Source of the DNA: Rhizophagus irregularis
Lineage: Eukaryota
Direction: 5' to 3'
Assembly (NCBI RefSeq): GCF_026210795.1
Contig: NC_089433.1
Span: 4,092,001 to 4,156,000 of the forward strand
Length of the DNA stretch: 64,000 nucleotides
How positions within the stretch are numbered: the first letter of the stretch is position 1; each line of letters starts with the position of its first letter. Positions 61,058 to 64,000 of this stretch are shown here, in pieces. The notes beneath the pieces are model-generated. The model saw only the letters and a list, made by a program, of their open reading frames with translations. It had not been told where the DNA came from and ran no database searches. The translations under genes and the position numbers were made by a program.

Positions 61058-62568
61058 ATGTCAACACAATTTCTTTCAAAATTAAGTCAAAACTATATTG
61101 AGTTATTAGAGGATGATGAATATTACGATATTACAATTGAAGTTGGCGAAGATCCTAATGTAAAAATCTTTCGTGCGCAAACGAGCATTTTGTGTTACCG
61201 TTCTCCATATTTACGAAGAATTTTGGCTTCTAATAAAAATCGAAATAATGAGAATATTTCAGCTCATATTAAATTGTCAAATATTTCTCCCGAAGTCTTT
61301 CAAATTATTTTAAAGTAAGTATATAGTATACAATAAACCTGACCTGTTATGAAATATCATAATCCCAATTATTCAAATTCGAACTTTAAATTTTCGTTTT
61401 AGATATATTTATGGTGGTATTCTTTCATTGGATGAGCAAGACACTTTAGAAATTTTCAAATTATTAATCGCTGCGGAAGAATTGCTTCTTCAAGAATTAG
61501 TCGATTATTTACAAAAATATTTCATTGAAAATAAATCTGAATGGATGGAACAACATTTTGAATTTATACATAGAACAAGTTTTCAATCAAATTCTTTGTT
61601 AGAACTTCAACAATTTTGTACAAATTTTATGGCAAACTCTCCGGAGAAAATATTTAAATCACTTGATTTCACGTCGTTTCCAGAAAAATCTTTAGTTCAA
61701 CTTATTAAAAGAGATGATTTACAAATGAAAGAAATCGAAGTTTGGGAATATTTATTAAAATGGGGACTTGCACAAAATCCTACACTTCTTCCAGATCCTA
61801 ATACTTGGTCAGATGATGATTTCAAAACAATGGAAAGTACTTTACAACATTATTTACCCTTGGTTAGATTTTTTAGTTTATCATCAAAAGAATTCTTAAA
61901 AAAAGTTCGCCCTTATAAAGAACTCTTAAGACGTCAACTTTATGAAGATTTATTAAATTCTCATTTGGATCCTGATAGTAAACCAACCAACAATGTTTTA
62001 CTTCCTAGAAATATTAAAAATGATGAAATTATTGATTCAAAAATTATTATTAATTTAAATATTATTTCAATAATTTCAAGACGAATTGATAAAATGGGAA
62101 TTAATGACATTTAAGAGAATTATATTTACCATATAAATTTCAATTATTGTTGAGAGGAAGTCGAGATGGATTTACTCCTAAAATATTTCATGAATTTTGT
62201 AATGATAAGCATAATACTGTTACTTTTATTAAAGTAAGTGGAACGGAGGAAATTCTTGGTGGATATAATCCTGTAAAATGGGAATCTCTTGGTTGGGTAG
62301 AACTAAGAATAGTTTTATTTTTTCTTTTAAAAATAACTTTATTAAAGATGCAATTATTAGTAATGTGGTAAATACAGAATGTGCATTGCCATTTTACACT
62401 TCACATGGTCCATATTTTGGTAGAGATATTAATATATATTCTAGTGATGGTGAGACCGCAAATTTTAATTATTGTAATTATAAAAAGTGTTTTTATGAAA
62501 AAATGATAAGAGATACCGAGGGTCAATTTTCTATAGAAGATTATGAAATATTTCAAATTATAAAGTGA
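61058..62568 (+). pseudogene. BTB-BACK-TLDc copy 9 (intron 61315-61402), disrupted
   Basis: ~10-nt loss near 62105 relative to copies 7 and 8 gives a stop at 62114; second shift in a G run at ~62295. Confidence 0.8.
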
Positions 62569-62896
62569 TAAGTTTGGTATCATTGTATTTGTTTATTTGG
62601 ATTTTTTTTCATCATTTATTAAAATATTAAATTTATTTTAAAAAAGGGATTTGTTTTATGTTTATTAATAATGTACAATATTCATACACATATCCTTTTT
62701 TCGATTAACATACGCTAATTTATTTGCAAATCGCATTTAAATTTATTTTTAGAAGTTCATCCATCATTTGAAAAAACGTATTTATATTTCATTTCAACTT
62801 AAACTAATAATTTGTAAAATTATGTTCTATTTATTGCTATTTTTTTTATATTTAATATAACTACCAAAGAGGTATCATTCGAATTTTCTTCATATA

Positions 62897-63822
62897 TAAG
62901 GATGGTCATCGGTCCTACCGATCCTACTCAGTCCTGGACCGGTCGGTCCCAGGACTTGTAGGACCGGACCGCGGTCTTGCATTTTTTTGTGGCGCAGTAG
63001 GACCGGTCCTGAGGACCGACCAGTCCTCATACCGGTCTTCATATAATAAATGATTTTTATATTGAATAAACCTATTAATCTGACAAAGGTCATCATAAAA
63101 TAATATAAAGACCGGCCATTTCCAAACCAATAAATAATTCCCACTTGTAGAGTTGCTTGTCAAAACGCTGAAACTCCGAAACTCCAAAAAAGCGTTTAAG
63201 CGGAATATCTCGTCATCCAGTGATCATAAAAGGATGAAACCACCACCATTCGAATCGTCTCAGCGAGACGCGTCGAATGGTGACTAAATCATGTTTCTAG
63301 GATCGATAGATAGTCGGTAATTATTGAATTTATTATCAAATAGTTTTGCCGATGTAATTTTTTTTTATCGATTCTAAAATCATGATTTTGATACCATTCG
63401 ACGCGCCGCAGCGAGAAGATTCGAATGGTGGTAAAATCATCCTTTTATAATCACTGGATAGCGAGATATTACGTTTTGAAGTATTTTTTCTCAAAGCTTT
63501 AAATTTTGCATGACGTTGTGATGATATCCAGGTGATTTGTAAAAAAAAAATTTATATTAAAAATCATCATCCCAATTAGTGTTCATTTATAAAACAAGGC
63601 TATTCCTAATAAAGTTAGGGAAGAAAATCTTTTTTTATTTGCAAAAAAAAGAAAAAAGACCGATCGGTCTTAAAAAGACTGCGGTCCTTAAAAAGACCGA
63701 CGGTCTTAATATATGTGATACAGGACCGAAAGACCGCGGTCCTACACTAAGACGGACTGGTCCGTCTTTTTATGGTGTAGGACCGTAGGACCGCGGTCTT
63801 CTAGGACTGATGACCATCTTTA
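62897..63822. mobile_element. Non-autonomous hAT-type DNA transposon
   Basis: 21-bp TIR TAAGGATGGTCATCGGTCCTA / TAGGACTGATGACCATCTTTA; 8-bp TSD TTCATATA (62889-62896, 63823-63830); subterminal GGACC/GGTCC repeats. Confidence 0.85.
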
Positions 63823-64000
63823 TTCATATATGACTGATAATGTTAATTATTATTTTGTTTATGATCATGTTATTGATGTTATTTCTGACCAAATTTAAAA
63901 TAAATAATATTAAATCAATTTTAAAAAAGTGGCAATTTTAAATTCTGCATAATTAATTATTCACATTAAAAAAAACTGGGTAACTATTATCCTAATGGCA

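Overview
AT-rich eukaryotic DNA with short GT-AG introns. The gene family and repeats resemble arbuscular mycorrhizal fungi such as Rhizophagus (inference). The host backbone is a tandem array of nine single-intron BTB/POZ-BACK-TLDc genes on the + strand (seven at 2.3-22.8 kb, two at 58.5-62.6 kb), a frameshifted membrane-protein gene and several small non-autonomous transposons. A GC-richer, intronless, gene-dense 23.3-kb element (30668-53965) interrupts the array. It has ~0.6-kb terminal inverted repeats starting GTCGTC and a 5-bp ACTAC target-site duplication. It encodes Maverick/Polinton-type functions: an rve integrase with chromodomain, an A32-like packaging ATPase, a compact family-B DNA polymerase and an SF3/D5-like helicase, plus F-box, IQ, Zn-ribbon and NPxTGR-repeat proteins. 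I cannot recognise a jelly-roll capsid or cysteine protease. Instead it carries a coiled-coil/Ty3-like Gag capsid gene followed, across an A9 run, by a retropepsin-like protease, with no linked RT or LTRs. Its genes share an AWTTGAAGAT upstream motif and oligo-T tracts downstream. An 8.1-kb LINE with intact ORF2 and a 16-bp TSD is nested inside. The apparent DNA-replicon/Gag-capsid chimera is the main candidate for a new system. All family calls come from motifs read by eye, and several frameshifts may be homopolymer assembly errors.
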